Below are positions 1 through 12,600 of a stretch of 44,717 nt of DNA, in pieces. The DNA comes from a virus (Duplodnaviria > Caudoviricetes). A program made the translations under genes and the position numbers. The DNA is taken from IMG/VR virus record IMGVR_UViG_3300016466_000173, positions 1-44,717 of that record; one strand, given 5' to 3'. The stretch's first letter is position 1. Each line of letters opens with the position of its first letter. Below the pieces are notes generated by a model. The model was not told the DNA's origin. It was given only the letters and a program-made list of their open reading frames with translations, and did no database searches.

Positions 1-558
1 GACCACGCTTGGGAGGCTGAGATGGAGACCGACTTGCAGACGACAGGTTTTATTAACAAGAGTTGGTTTGAACGTAAGGAAGCATCTTGGTATGCATTTG
101 TTCGCAACTCAGGGACCACACCTGCAAACCCCGGTCAAGAGTACCCGTTAAGGTCATTGAACGGTATAGGTAGAAGTGCTACTATAAATACTACAGTTCC
201 TTCAGCAGTTATTATTAACTTCTCAATATCTCCATTAATTTCTATTGGAAGCATTGTGAGTATAGGTGACAATCTGTACAATGCAGCACCGCCTTACACC
301 ACTCCTGTATTTATTGGTGAGATTACTGACATAGTTGTTAATTATCCTGCAGGAAATAATTATCTTGTGGTTGACACAACAGTTCCTTCAGGTTCTTTGC
401 CTACAATTCCTGATGCTTATTACTTATTTATCAAGAACTCTGTTGCTGAATCTCACGGTGTATTAGGGCACTATTGTGTATTCACAATTGAGAACGACAA
501 TGTAGATAAGACTGAACTCTTTGCAGTAGAATCTGATGTGATGAAAAGTTTTCCGTAA
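1..558 (+). CDS. C-terminal part of a tail/stabilisation structural protein (5' truncated by window edge)
   Basis: Frame is open from position 1; beta-rich composition; lies just upstream of a GNAT-like gene and ejection-protein genes, as in podovirus tail modules (inference from synteny). Confidence 0.6.
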   Translation, partial: DHAWEAEMETDLQTTGFINKSWFERKEASWYAFVRNSGTTPANPGQEYPLRSLNGIGRSATINTTVPSAVIINFSISPLISIGSIVSIGDNLYNAAPPYTTPVFIGEITDIVVNYPAGNNYLVVDTTVPSGSLPTIPDAYYLFIKNSVAESHGVLGHYCVFTIENDNVDKTELFAVESDVMKSFP

Positions 559-563
559 ATTTG
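556..563 (+). promoter_or_regulatory. Bacteroidetes-type -7 promoter box TAAATTTG
   Basis: Matches TAnnTTTG; 6 nt before the ATG at 570; the same TAAATTTGTAGTAT string precedes the giant gene. Confidence 0.6.
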
Positions 564-569
564 TAGTAT

Positions 570-980
570 ATGGTATTCAATATTCAACCATTAAAGGAAA
601 CCGATTATTCTGACATCCTTGTTGGGTGGTGGGAATCTTGGGGGTGGGAGCCACCTCACAAAGATTTTCTACCTGACAATGGGACGGGTGGAATTTGTGT
701 CTTTGAAGACACTACTCCAATCTGTGCAGGTTTCCTTTATACCACCAATAGTGGTGTGGCTTGGGTTGATTGGATAGTATCAAACAAAGAGTACAGAAAG
801 AAACCACAACGCCAACAGGCTATTGGTTTGCTTATAGAGACCCTGACCAATATTGCAAAAAATACAGGGCACAAATATTCTTACGCTTTGATAAAGCACC
901 GTGGTCTTATTGAGACATATAAGACCATTGGTTATATTGAGGCAGACAAGTACACAACTGAAATGATAAAAGTATTTTAA
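570..980 (+). CDS. GNAT-fold acetyltransferase-like protein (T7 gp13-like position)
   Basis: 136 aa; ICAGFLY..AWVDWIVSN..YRK..AIGLLI..Y..IGY pattern is GNAT-like; sits between tail and internal virion genes. Confidence 0.6.
   Translation: MVFNIQPLKETDYSDILVGWWESWGWEPPHKDFLPDNGTGGICVFEDTTPICAGFLYTTNSGVAWVDWIVSNKEYRKKPQRQQAIGLLIETLTNIAKNTGHKYSYALIKHRGLIETYKTIGYIEADKYTTEMIKVF
697..712. repeat. 16-bp palindromic motif copy 1 (GTGTCTTTGAAGACAC), intragenic
   Basis: Exact copy; read as C-V-F-E-D-T in the ORF. Confidence 0.95.
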
Positions 981-981
981 A

Positions 982-1821
982 ATGGCAATAGCAACAAGTA
1001 CCGCATTAGCAATTACAAGTTTAGCAGCAACAGGTGCTACAACAGGAATGTCGTTTGCTCAGGCTCGTAAGCAACGTAGACTGCAACAACAAGCAGAGGA
1101 CAAAGCATCTCAGATGATGTCTGAGGCTCGTAAGAAACTTGAGGTTAACTACTATGACCAATTGGCAATTCAAAAAGAACCTTATGAGTTGGAGCGTGAG
1201 GCTCTTATTGCTGCAGGTGCTCAGGCAATTGAGGCAGGTGTAGAGAGTGAGCGTGGTGCAGGAGCAGTAGCAGGTAGAGTTCAGATGGCTCAACAGGCAG
1301 GTCAACGTGATATTGCAGCAGCAATGGGTCAGGAGATGTTGGGTCTTGAGAAACTATCAGCACAGGAGGAGTCACGTCTTCGTGATGTTGGTGTTCAATT
1401 AGACTTGGGTGAAGTAGAGGGAGCACAACTTGCTGCAGCAAATGCTGCTGAGGCTGCTAATGTAGCAACTCAACAGGGGGTTCAGGGAATTGTAAGTATG
1501 GGTCAACAGGCTGCTGCTATGGCTCCGTTGTATTCACGTAATAAGGCTGCTGAGAAAGCAGCATTTAGTGGTATGGGTATGTCATCTGAAAACTTCAGTA
1601 CATTTGGTAATGTTCCTGAATATAAAGGGTCTCCATTTGGTTCTCAAATACAGGGTGGTTCAAACTTAGATTTTGGAACAGTAGGTCAAATGAGCAATGC
1701 AGAGTACAATCGTTTCTTACGTGCACTTACTCCTCAACAAAGACAGATGTTATTTATGAATCCTCAATTTCAGAAGAGATATACTCAAACATCACAATTT
1801 ATGAATCCTTTCGTTTTCTAA
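982..1821 (+). CDS. Internal virion / ejection protein (gp14-like)
   Basis: Hydrophobic A/T/G-rich N-terminus followed by Q/A/E-rich helical region; position in module. Confidence 0.6.
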   Translation: MAIATSTALAITSLAATGATTGMSFAQARKQRRLQQQAEDKASQMMSEARKKLEVNYYDQLAIQKEPYELEREALIAAGAQAIEAGVESERGAGAVAGRVQMAQQAGQRDIAAAMGQEMLGLEKLSAQEESRLRDVGVQLDLGEVEGAQLAAANAAEAANVATQQGVQGIVSMGQQAAAMAPLYSRNKAAEKAAFSGMGMSSENFSTFGNVPEYKGSPFGSQIQGGSNLDFGTVGQMSNAEYNRFLRALTPQQRQMLFMNPQFQKRYTQTSQFMNPFVF

Positions 1822-1824
1822 GAT

Positions 1825-3645
1825 ATGGCATCATACTTTAAATATGTAGAACGCAATGTTGACTCTCAGATAAATTGGGCTGAGGTAGGTAAGAACGTAG
1901 TCGATATGCTCCGTGAGGAGGATAGATTACGTGAGGAAAAAAAGGCAGCAATTGATGAAGCATCAAGACAATTTGGGGAGACATTGGCTAATGCTCCTAC
2001 AGGTGATTTTAAATCTGCAAATGAATGGATATTGGGATATGCAGCAGATGCATCTCAAGCACGTTTATTGCAGGATAGGCTTTTGAAAAGCGGTCTGCTT
2101 AAGGTAAAAGATTATACCGTTATGAGACAGAATCTTAATGATGGTACTAATCAAATGTTCCAAGTTGCTAAGGAATATCAATCTCATTATCAGGAGGTAA
2201 TGAGCAGAATGAAGAATAATGAGAGTCAAGATATAGAGAGTTTTATTGCACAACAGGTTGAAGGACTAAGTAATTTTAAAAATACGAAAGCGTATATCAA
2301 TCCAACAAACTTTAGCGTAAGCCTTGCAGGTATGAAGAAGGAGATAATAGATGGCAAGGAAGTTATGGTAATGGACAATAACCCTGATAATTATGTTACT
2401 GTCAATCAACTTAGAAACAGACTTAATTCTCGATTTGATAGATATCAATACGTTGATGCCATCAATACTCAAGTAGAAGCATTGGGTGATTTTCAAGAGG
2501 CAGACATATCAAAAGTTGCGGGTCTTTATAAAATGGCACGTGTCACAGATGTATTAGACCCTACAAATAGAACAAGATTAAGTGATGAGGCTAAAAAAAC
2601 AGTTACTACTTATCAAGATTGGGAGACTAATATGATTGGTGCTCAGTTAGAGAATCCACTTCACGTATCGAGTTTATTAACTAATGCAATTGACAAAGTT
2701 CCCGGAACACAGGATTTCTATGAGCCAACTTTTGATGCTGAGTTAGCAAAGACTAATAAGAAGTATATTCTATTGAAAGATGATGGAACAGGTAATATTC
2801 AACCTGTTTTTACTGACGACCAAATTAACGTAGCAACTGAGTTCCTTCGTACTCAGACACGTAATGCTCTTGATAGAAAGGTTAGCATACAGGCAGTAAG
2901 TGAGCAGCAGCCATATCCTATGCAACAGTGGCAGTATGAGGCAGGTCAGGAAGGTAAGAAGGATGTAGAGATTGCAAATTTGATTGGAACACTTTATTAT
3001 GGTAACGCCAATGATGTTGATGCAGCACTTGAATATTTCCGTGATTCAATACCTAATGCTAAGAAAGTTACAAGAACAGATGATGGAGTCGTTGTTCTAT
3101 TTAACAATGGAGAAGTAAGAGATGCTTCATTTAAAAATGAAGATGGTTCAATTAAGTCTCTTCAAATGTTCATTAAAGGAGCAGGTCCATTGTTAGCAGG
3201 TCAAGCAGATATTAATACCGCATTGAAACGTGGTGGCTATAGAAAGGGAGCACAGTTAAGTACATTGGGTAGTGAAAGAATGAGAGAAGTTACAGGAGGA
3301 AATACTACTACTAATGCCCCTGTTCAACAACAAGCAACATCATATTTAAGTACTAAAATAACTCCTACAGTTGTTAATCAAACTGAATCTGTTGCAGTTC
3401 CATTAATTAATTCAATTATCCAACCTCTTGGTTTTATAGGTGAAGAAACAGGTGTAGGTAGTTATATAGAAATTACCGCACCTGATGGAAAAACTAAAAA
3501 AACATTTTCATTGAATGACGGTGAAGCAAAGGGAAGGGGAACAGTAAGAGATATTTTATCTTGGATGAAGGGTAATTACAATGCAGATAAATTGAAGGAT
3601 GCATTAATGGCAGGTACTTTTAAGAGTGGTGCAGAATTAGATTAA
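1825..3645 (+). CDS. Internal virion / ejection protein (gp15-like position)
   Basis: 606 aa helical ORF between the gp14-like gene and the giant gene. Confidence 0.5.
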   Translation: MASYFKYVERNVDSQINWAEVGKNVVDMLREEDRLREEKKAAIDEASRQFGETLANAPTGDFKSANEWILGYAADASQARLLQDRLLKSGLLKVKDYTVMRQNLNDGTNQMFQVAKEYQSHYQEVMSRMKNNESQDIESFIAQQVEGLSNFKNTKAYINPTNFSVSLAGMKKEIIDGKEVMVMDNNPDNYVTVNQLRNRLNSRFDRYQYVDAINTQVEALGDFQEADISKVAGLYKMARVTDVLDPTNRTRLSDEAKKTVTTYQDWETNMIGAQLENPLHVSSLLTNAIDKVPGTQDFYEPTFDAELAKTNKKYILLKDDGTGNIQPVFTDDQINVATEFLRTQTRNALDRKVSIQAVSEQQPYPMQQWQYEAGQEGKKDVEIANLIGTLYYGNANDVDAALEYFRDSIPNAKKVTRTDDGVVVLFNNGEVRDASFKNEDGSIKSLQMFIKGAGPLLAGQADINTALKRGGYRKGAQLSTLGSERMREVTGGNTTTNAPVQQQATSYLSTKITPTVVNQTESVAVPLINSIIQPLGFIGEETGVGSYIEITAPDGKTKKTFSLNDGEAKGRGTVRDILSWMKGNYNADKLKDALMAGTFKSGAELD

Positions 3646-3657
3646 CTGTAAAACCCA

Positions 3658-3665
3658 TAAATTTG
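3658..3665 (+). promoter_or_regulatory. Bacteroidetes-type -7 promoter box TAAATTTG
   Basis: TAnnTTTG 4 nt before the ATG at 3670, implying a near-leaderless mRNA. Confidence 0.6.
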
Positions 3666-3669
3666 TAGT

Positions 3670-6600
3670 ATGGATGAGTTGAGAAAACTATATGATGCAC
3701 TGATAAGAGATGGTTATTATACCAAGTCTTTTGAGGAGTTTCAAAAACAATTTCAGGATACATCATATCAGGATAAAGTATACGGTGTTGTTTCTCGTGA
3801 TGGTTTATTTACAAAGCCTAAGGATGATTTTTTAAAACAATATGCCGTTGGTCCTGCAAAGCCAATCATTGAGCCATTAAAAAAAAAAGAAGAGCCAACA
3901 CTCAGCGACATACAGTCAGGATATACAGATATGGCATCTTCCTCGGAAGGTGGTTCATCGGTTTCATCAGGTACTAAAGGAGACCCTAATGACCCTAATT
4001 GGGGATGGGAAGACGATGAGCCAAAACCATATCAACGGACATTTATACCTCAGTTTGAGAAGCGTCCAATAGTTACTCAGGACAATACCTACGTAGCCAA
4101 ACCAATTGATATGGTTGGTATGAAAAGGTATCAAGAGTATCAACAACAGACTAAGGCTTTACTTGAACAGGCAAAGAAAGAGGAAAGGGCTAAGGCTCAG
4201 GAGGAGGAGCAGATATTCAAATCTCAAAACCTCGCTGCTATAAAAGACGAGCAGTTCCAAAAGTATCTTGCAGATGTAAATGCTAATCTGATTGACAAGT
4301 CAGAGGAAGAAGTTGTGCCTGAACTAAACAGAAGGTTTAGTGCTTATGGGTTTCACTTTGAAGAGGCAGCCCCCGGAGCAGACGCAATGTATGTTCGTAC
4401 TTCCGATGGTAAACACGAACTATATATTGACCTTGACCCATTTACTACCGCAACAGAAGTAGTCGAGTCTAAGAAACTCCGTGACTTTATCAACTTATAT
4501 GCACGTGGTAAAGAAGAGGAAAAGTCTGAGGATTATATAGGCAAAGCAGTACGTGCTCAGAAGATGAGGAATGTTGGTATGCGTAATGATGATGGTACGT
4601 ATTCAACTGTTAAGTTCGCATCGTTTGAGCAAGACGGTAAATACTTTGTAGTTCCTACCCTTTTCCCTAAGGACCCAAATGCCACATATACCACCAATAA
4701 AAAAGATTGGATGGAATTGCCCCTTGAAGAGGCTATTGCTGAGGCTCGTAAACGTGGTGAACTATTTCAGTTTGACAATGACAAAGAAGCAAAAGAGTTT
4801 GCTGAGGGAGATTGGAAAGATGTAAATGCTTTTGACATTGAAGGACAAAAGTTTTACAAGGAGAAAGGTTTAGACTACTACGCTGAGAAAAAGAAGTATA
4901 AGAACTATATTCAATTGCAGGATGAACTCGATTTGATTGATAAGATACTTGAAGGAGAATCAATAACTCCTGAGGAGAAGATGAACAATCCGAGATATTT
5001 TGCCAAGGATATGAGGCGTTTGTATACCAATGAAATGCTTGAGCAAAAGAGAGAAGAGGTATTGAAGAAAAAGGACAATCTTCTTGAACAGGTATATGAC
5101 CTTGAGTTTATGGGTATTGACGAGGGAAATGTTCAGAAGACACGTGAAGACTTTGACTTAGTTCTTGGTAAGCGTCAGAACGAAATTGCAGGAGAGGCTA
5201 TCAAAGTAAATGCTGCAGCAAAGCAAGAGTATGAGGCATTGAATCAAACGGCATTATCAGTTTATAATGTACCCATTGATAAGATAAGCACGATTGTCCC
5301 AAAGACACCACAGGATGCAGAGAATATAAAGAACCTTACTTCTCAGTTGGTAAAAGTTAAGGCTGCTCAAAACACTGCTGCTACAAAGTTTGAGATAGCA
5401 AAGACATACTATGATGCTAAGTGGAATAAAGGCATTAACAGTGAATATGAGGAGAATTGGTCCGGGTTTGTTACGTCAGTATCAGACGCTTGGAACAATG
5501 GTCAAGCAGCAGAGCAAATACTTTTATTGACATTAGGCGTTAAGGATGCTGCTAATGTAAAAGATAGACAAGAGGCTGCTCGTTTGATTGTTGAGAATCT
5601 ATCTGATGTTTCGGGGAAACAGTCAAGAGTTTTGACAAGGACTAATCTTGCACGTGATGGTGAATTTTTAAAGGCAGTTCTTTCTGACCCACTTGAAGCA
5701 ATATCTACTCTTACTGCTACATCACTAACTCAGATGCTGCCATATGGTAGTTATATTGTTTCAAGTGCAGCAGCAGCAGGGACTGCTGCGGGTGCAGCAG
5801 CAGGACTTGCAGGTGGACCATTTGCTGAAGTAACTGTTCCCGGAGGTGCAGTCACAGGTTTGGGATATGGGCTTAGAACAGGTATGGCTGCCACTATGTT
5901 TGCTATGGAGTATACCAACTCAATCCTTGATGTTATGCGTGAGAAGGGATATGACCTTATGGACCCTGCTCAGGTTGAGGCTGCTCTTTCTGATGAAACA
6001 GTATGGGCTGAAGGTGGAGAAAGAGGTACTCTAAGAGGTGTGCCTATTGCAGTGGTTGATTTCTTATCTGCAGGACTTGCAGGTAAAGTTTTCAAAACAA
6101 GCAAATTAGCATCAGTTCCCGTAAGAGTAGGGGCACAGGTTGCGGAACGTGCATTGTTTGACCCTGCAGCAGAAGCAGCAGGTGAATACTTGGCTCAAAC
6201 TGTAGCCGGGCAGGATATTGATTTTAAAGAAATTGCATATGAGGCATTAGGTGGTTTAGGTAGTAACACATCTCATATGGCAGTCAATCTGTATAAAGAG
6301 GCACGTAACAATTCAAATACTGCCTTAGCATACGAACTGACAGACATTAATCGTGTAGCACGTGAGAGTGTAAGTGATGAGCGAATTTCTCAGTGGGCAA
6401 ATAATATGCATCAACTTGGAAAGATTGACGCTGATGTTAATCAACGCATACAGGCGAATGTTGGTCTCCGTAGAGAGGCACGTGAACTTGTATCAGTTGG
6501 TAGAGCAAGTCGTCTTCTTGGTGATGGTAAAAAAGTTGAGGCACGTGTAATGGAATTGTTGGCAGCAAGAAATGAATTGTCTGCCACTCAGAACCGCAGG

Positions 6601-9600
6601 GAAATAAACCGTAATAAGATTTCTCAGATAAACCAAGAGATTGCTACCATATCTGAGAGCAAGAAACTTCTTCCTGAGAATAAGGAAGTAGCAGGAGACG
6701 GTGTAAGCACTGCAGTTAATCTTGATGCTATTCTTGGTACAACTCGTGAAGGTGTATCAAGATTTGTAATAAGCGGGAAAACCTTGACCCGTGAACAGTT
6801 TCTCAAGGAGTTGGATAATATGAGCAACCGTAGGCTTCTTCGTGCTCCTGTCTTTGTTGACAATGACGAAGAGGCTCAGAAGTTGTACGAACAAAAAGTA
6901 AAAGATGCCATTCAAAAGCAAAGCCCAAGTCAAGTTTCTGTACAGTCAGAAGCCGGAGTTAGCGAAACGGTGGAGGAAAGAAAACCCGAAACAAAACCTG
7001 AAGTCGCTACCCAAAAAGATTTCCAAAAAGAAATAGACGCTATAGAAGAGCGTAGGAAGAAAGAACTTTCTGATTATTCAGAAGACCAACTCGATGAGAT
7101 TTATTCTATTGGTGATACAAAAAGAACTATCAGAGACTTCGTTAATGCTAAGTATGACAAAGAGATTGCTGACTTAAAGCCAAGTGCAGCAGTAACTACT
7201 GAAGAAGTAACTCAAGCAGAAGAAGATTTAGTGTCTTCAAAGACACGCCTTGATGAACTTGCAGAAGCAATTCCTCAGCGTATTGACTATACTGAGGAAG
7301 ACATTACAAACTTCGATACCTTAGAAGAAGATAAAGCCAAGGGTATAATTACTGCATTGGCTGAGAAGATTAATGATGGAACCAAGTTAACACCTGTTGA
7401 GAGGTCATTGTATGATGCGAACAAAGCACAGGTCGATGAGGTAAGTGGTTTAGTTGCTGAGCGTACTGCAATACAGGAAGAGGTTGCTGACCTTGAGGCA
7501 TTGATTTCAGAAAGCCAACCTACACGTGCTGAACTAACCGATGAGCAAATAGTTGAATATGCTCCTGATGAAGATGTAAGGGATAAAAACAATGATGTAC
7601 TTTTAAAAGCACTTCAATCAAAAAATGTTTCACCACAGGCAGAGCCAATTGTAACTGACCTTGGTGATGTAGTTGTTTTTGAGTACAACAATTTTGATGA
7701 GAACGAAACAAGGACACGTCTTACATTCAAGAAAAAAGCAGATGGAACAATAATCTCAAGAGGTGTTAAGGTAGAAAGAAGTACGGGAGATATACGTGGT
7801 ACTGATTTATTCAAGAACTACGTTGAATCTCAGAGACGTAAAAGAAGAGCAGAGTTCCGTGCTGAAGAAGTTTTAGCAGAAACAACACTTCCACCTAATG
7901 AAACATCAGATTTTAACAGAGGGGTAGCAGAGGTTAAAAAGAATGCTGAAGAGTATCGTAAGTTAAAAAACATAAAAAGGATACCCAATCCTGCACAAAA
8001 GAGTCTATTTACAATAGTATCTGAGATGATGGCTAAAGCATATGAAAAGGTTTTAAACAAACCAAATGATGCTATAGTTAAAAAAGCATATGATGCTATG
8101 ATTGAAGAAACTCTTCAGCAATATGACTTCATTGTATCAAAGGGTTTAAAAGTAGTAAGACATACAGGTAAAGGAGAGCCATATGCCAACTCAAATGAAA
8201 TGCTAAAAGACTTGAGAGATAATAATACTCTCAAATTTTTGCCTAATGATGTAGCATTTGGACAAGATGTAACTGCTGCCACAGATAACATTGGTCTACA
8301 ACCAAGTGGTAGAAAATTACCTGATGGATATGAGATGACTAATTCTGAGGTATTCAGAGTTGTGCACGATTATTTTGGTCACGGAATTTTAGGTAATCAA
8401 TTTGGTCCTATTGGTGAAGAGAATGCAACACTTCAGCATCTTGATTTATACAGTGATATTGCTGCACCTGCAGTTATATATCAGACAAGGGGACAAAATT
8501 CTTGGGTTAATTTTAGTGGAGAAAATTCACGTGCAAATGAACTCAGAAAACAAGCACGTGAGTTAAAGAAACAAGGTAAAGAAAAAGAAGCAAATTTATT
8601 ATTGGAAGAAGCAGATAAAATATTTAAATTTGCAGAACCAAAAATTGGTTTATTCCCAAATATATTTAATTTCAAAAGATATGAATCAGCGAGAAGAATT
8701 AGAGACAAACAAATCCTTGACAATAGACCAAATAAACGAAATTCTGACTTACCCGACTTATTGGCAGCCTATTCTAACAGAAGCCGTTCAACGAGGGGAG
8801 TCAATAAAAGAGACATACGAGAGACTAAAACCATTAGAGGATTTAGTTTAAATGTAATTGCTGAATATAAATTAGACAATCGTATAGAAAGGGGAATTAA
8901 AAAAGCATTCCCATTATTCAAAGGAGTTCAAAAGATTTATGAAATAACTGACGGTGATAAGTATCGTCAGATGATGATTGATGCCTTAAAGGATAATCCC
9001 TATGGTTCATCAGCAACCATATACTCTGCTGAAGATTTCAGTAAAATGAGATTGTTTATAACAGAGGATGGGTCTACAGGTTTTACATTAAGAGAAGATG
9101 GTTTTTTAGGGGGTGGATTTTCTGACCCTAAATTTAATAGACCACAAAATATTGCTCAGTTATTAATTTTAGGTATAAAAGAAGGAGGAACTACTGTTGA
9201 ATGTTTTGATACTATTCTTCCTGATTATTATTCTTATTTCGGATTAAAAGCAGTATCAAGAAATACATTCAACGATGAGTACAGACCAAAAGAATCAAGT
9301 GGTACTGCAGTAAAAGATTGGGATTATCAAACATATAGGAACTTTAATAATGGTAGACCCGATGTTGTATTTATGATTTATGATGGAGGAGATAGAAATA
9401 CCATTGAAGACAGGTTAGGTATTTTTGATGAATACAAAAATTACGAGAAGGATAATACTAAGTCTTTTGATAGTTATGATGATGCTGAAGAGTTTATGAA
9501 GCAGGAGGCAGTTAAGAGACTTGAGTTAGACTTTGAACAATCAACAGATACAACAAAACTAAAAGAAGATGGCAAAAAAATTACTAAGCCCGGCAACAGA

Positions 9601-12600
9601 CTCTTCAATCAGTCTATCCCGGAAGTTTCGGAAATTGCGGATAGATATTTCCAAGGAGCCTTTGGGAGACAACGTCCTCAGTTCTATGGCACAAGGTCAA
9701 TCGACAAAGAAAGAGCCAAAAGAATCTCAGATGCCTTTAAAAGATTAGTCGATAATCCAACTGCTCCCAATGTAAAAAGAGCATACGAGGCAATGGCTCG
9801 TGAGACAATTGAGCAGTATAAATTTATGCTTGATGCAGGTTACTTTGTTGAGATAAACAATGAAGAGCCTTATGGTAACTCAAATGAAATGATTGAGGAC
9901 CTACGCACAAACAAGCGAATGAAAATATTCTCAACCGAGTCAGGCTTTGGTGATGAAAAGATTACACCTGAACAGAGGGACCGCAATGTTCTACTGCGTG
10001 AGTCAGGATTCTATGATGTAAATGGTCAGCCTTTATTGGTTAATGATTTGTTCCGTGCAGTTCACGATTTCTTCGGTCACGCTGAATTAGGCAATTCATT
10101 TGGTCCTATTGGTGAGGAGAATGCTTGGAACGTACACGCACGTATGTATTCACCATTGGCACGTCAAGCAATGACTACTGAAACACGTGGTCAAAACTCA
10201 TTCGTTAACTTCTCCGGGGTTAATGAGCGTGTTGAGGCAATGCGTCAAGAGGCAGCGAATCTTAGGAACCAAGGAAAACTTGCTGAGGCTGAGGCTCTTG
10301 TTGGTAAGATATACGAAGAGATATCTTTTGCAGAGCAGAAGCAAGGAATACTTCCCGAAGAATTTTGGACAGTAGATACTGATGATATAGGAGATGCTGA
10401 GTTCATACCTAATACTAATTTATCTATTGATACAAAAGAATCAAATGTACAGAATGGATTGACTCAGCAGGAGTTTATTTCTGCAGCATCCAATGGTAAT
10501 ATGTCAAATGCAACTAAACTTGCAAACTTTCTGAACACTGCGTTCCCAAGTGTTACCATATCAACTGACAAAGTTTCTTTTGATAATGTAATGGCTCAGG
10601 TTGGAACCGAGATATATATGCGTGGTAACTTAATTGTCTATGGTGTAACCGTAGATGGTGACATATATATTAACCCTGACGTACACAATAGTGAGTCGGC
10701 TCTGTTCAATACAACTATTCACGAGTTTGGTCACGTATGGACAGACTATCTGCAAGGGTCTAAGAAAGGCAAAGCAATATACGCTCGTGGTGTAGAAGTT
10801 ATTCAAGAAGCCATAGCAAATGATGAGAATGTAAAGAAGATATTTTATGCTCAGATGAATAAGTATTCGGGAGACCGGGCACGTGCTATCAATGAAACGA
10901 TGGCTATTCTAATTGGCAATAAAGGTGAAGAGATTGTAAATGAAAGTGTAAAGAATAAATTCAAGGAATGGTTGCTTGATGTTTGGAAATTCATCAAAGA
11001 TAATTTCAAGATGTCAAAAGATTTGTCTGAAGAAGAGATTCAAAACCTCACCCTTGATGGATTTATTCAGACTGCATTGGCAGATATATTTAGTGGCTCA
11101 GAGATATCTCTTACAGACGTTCAGAAAAAAACACTGAAGAATCCTGATGCTATGTTCAGTAGCACTCAGTCTATGCAGTCAATCATACAACAGGCACGTG
11201 CTAATGGATTCTCTGATGCTGCTATCAAACAGGTGCTTCTCAATCGTGGATTCAAAGCAAGTGATATCAACAATGCACTCGTAGTACAGATAGATGTTAC
11301 CACTGATTTGCCACGTGAGTTTGCAAATGTTCAAGGTGGTGTACAAAAAGGGTATCAGTTATTCACAGAGGTACGTGCTGAACTGCAGAGGTTTGCTCAT
11401 ATGGGTCCACGTGGCGGTATCCGTAGAGAACGCACCAAGACGTGGTCAGAGATTCGTGAGAAGGCTATTGAACTTCTGAAGGCAAACCCAATCTATCAGG
11501 CTCAGTCAGATACTGTGCAGATGGAATTGATTAGTGCGTTTGACAGGACGCTGAATACCTCAGCCAATACGAATGTAACCCGTCAGATAAGTGCTATCAG
11601 AAACAATCTTCGTCAGCGTAAGATTGGTGCTAAAGAATTACAACAGGCTAAGATTGCAGTGAAGAACCTTATCCGTTCTGTTCTGCCAAAGTCTGATATG
11701 TATTCTCAGGCTCAGATAAACAAACTGATTTCAATCATAAGCAATGCAACCGAGGCTTCTATCCTATCTGATACAGAGAAGGTGATGAAGATAGTTGAGC
11801 AGCAGAGAGGCAAGATGAAAAAGTCTGTGCTCAAGAAGATGATTGAATTGGTAAACAAGAAGGCTAAACCTGCAATGACTACCACAGGTAAACGCAGGAG
11901 CCGTGGTCTTGACCCGGAGGGACAGGCTTTCTTTGCTCAAGTTAAACCTATCATTCGTGCGGTTATAAATGATGACGTTCAGTTCCTTTCTGATATGGCT
12001 GCTGAGTTGGCACAGGCTGACGCTGATGGCTCAATCAATGAGGCTATATTGAAACAGAACCGTGGTGAGAAACTTACTACACAGGAACAGGCTCTGTTGA
12101 ATAAGGCATATGCCTATGATACATTTGGCGACCTTATGACTATGGAATTGGAAGAAGTTGAGCAGTTATTGGCTGAACTTCAGGACGCACGTGCTGAGTC
12201 ATTGAGAAGACTGAAGACACGTAGGGAAGTAAGAGCAATGAGATATGATGCTCTTAGCCAACAGGCTACTGCACAGGTGTCTGAGTTGAACCCTGAGTTG
12301 TTTGTTGAGGAGACGGTTGAAGTAACACTGCCAAATGGAGATGTTGAAACTATTACAGTAGTTAGACCGAAGAGCCGTAACGAACTTGTTCAAGACAGGG
12401 CTGCAATACGTAGAGCATTTCAGAGTGGTAAGATATGGTCAGGCTTCAAGCAGTTGGTTGCACGTTGGGACTACACCACCATCACAGGTGTAAAGGACTT
12501 TATTCGTAAGCGTATTCTTCACTTGGGTTCAATGATGAATCTGTTTGATAATGACGCTCAAGGAATGACGTTCTTCCGTGACAATGTGTACCGTCCGCTA

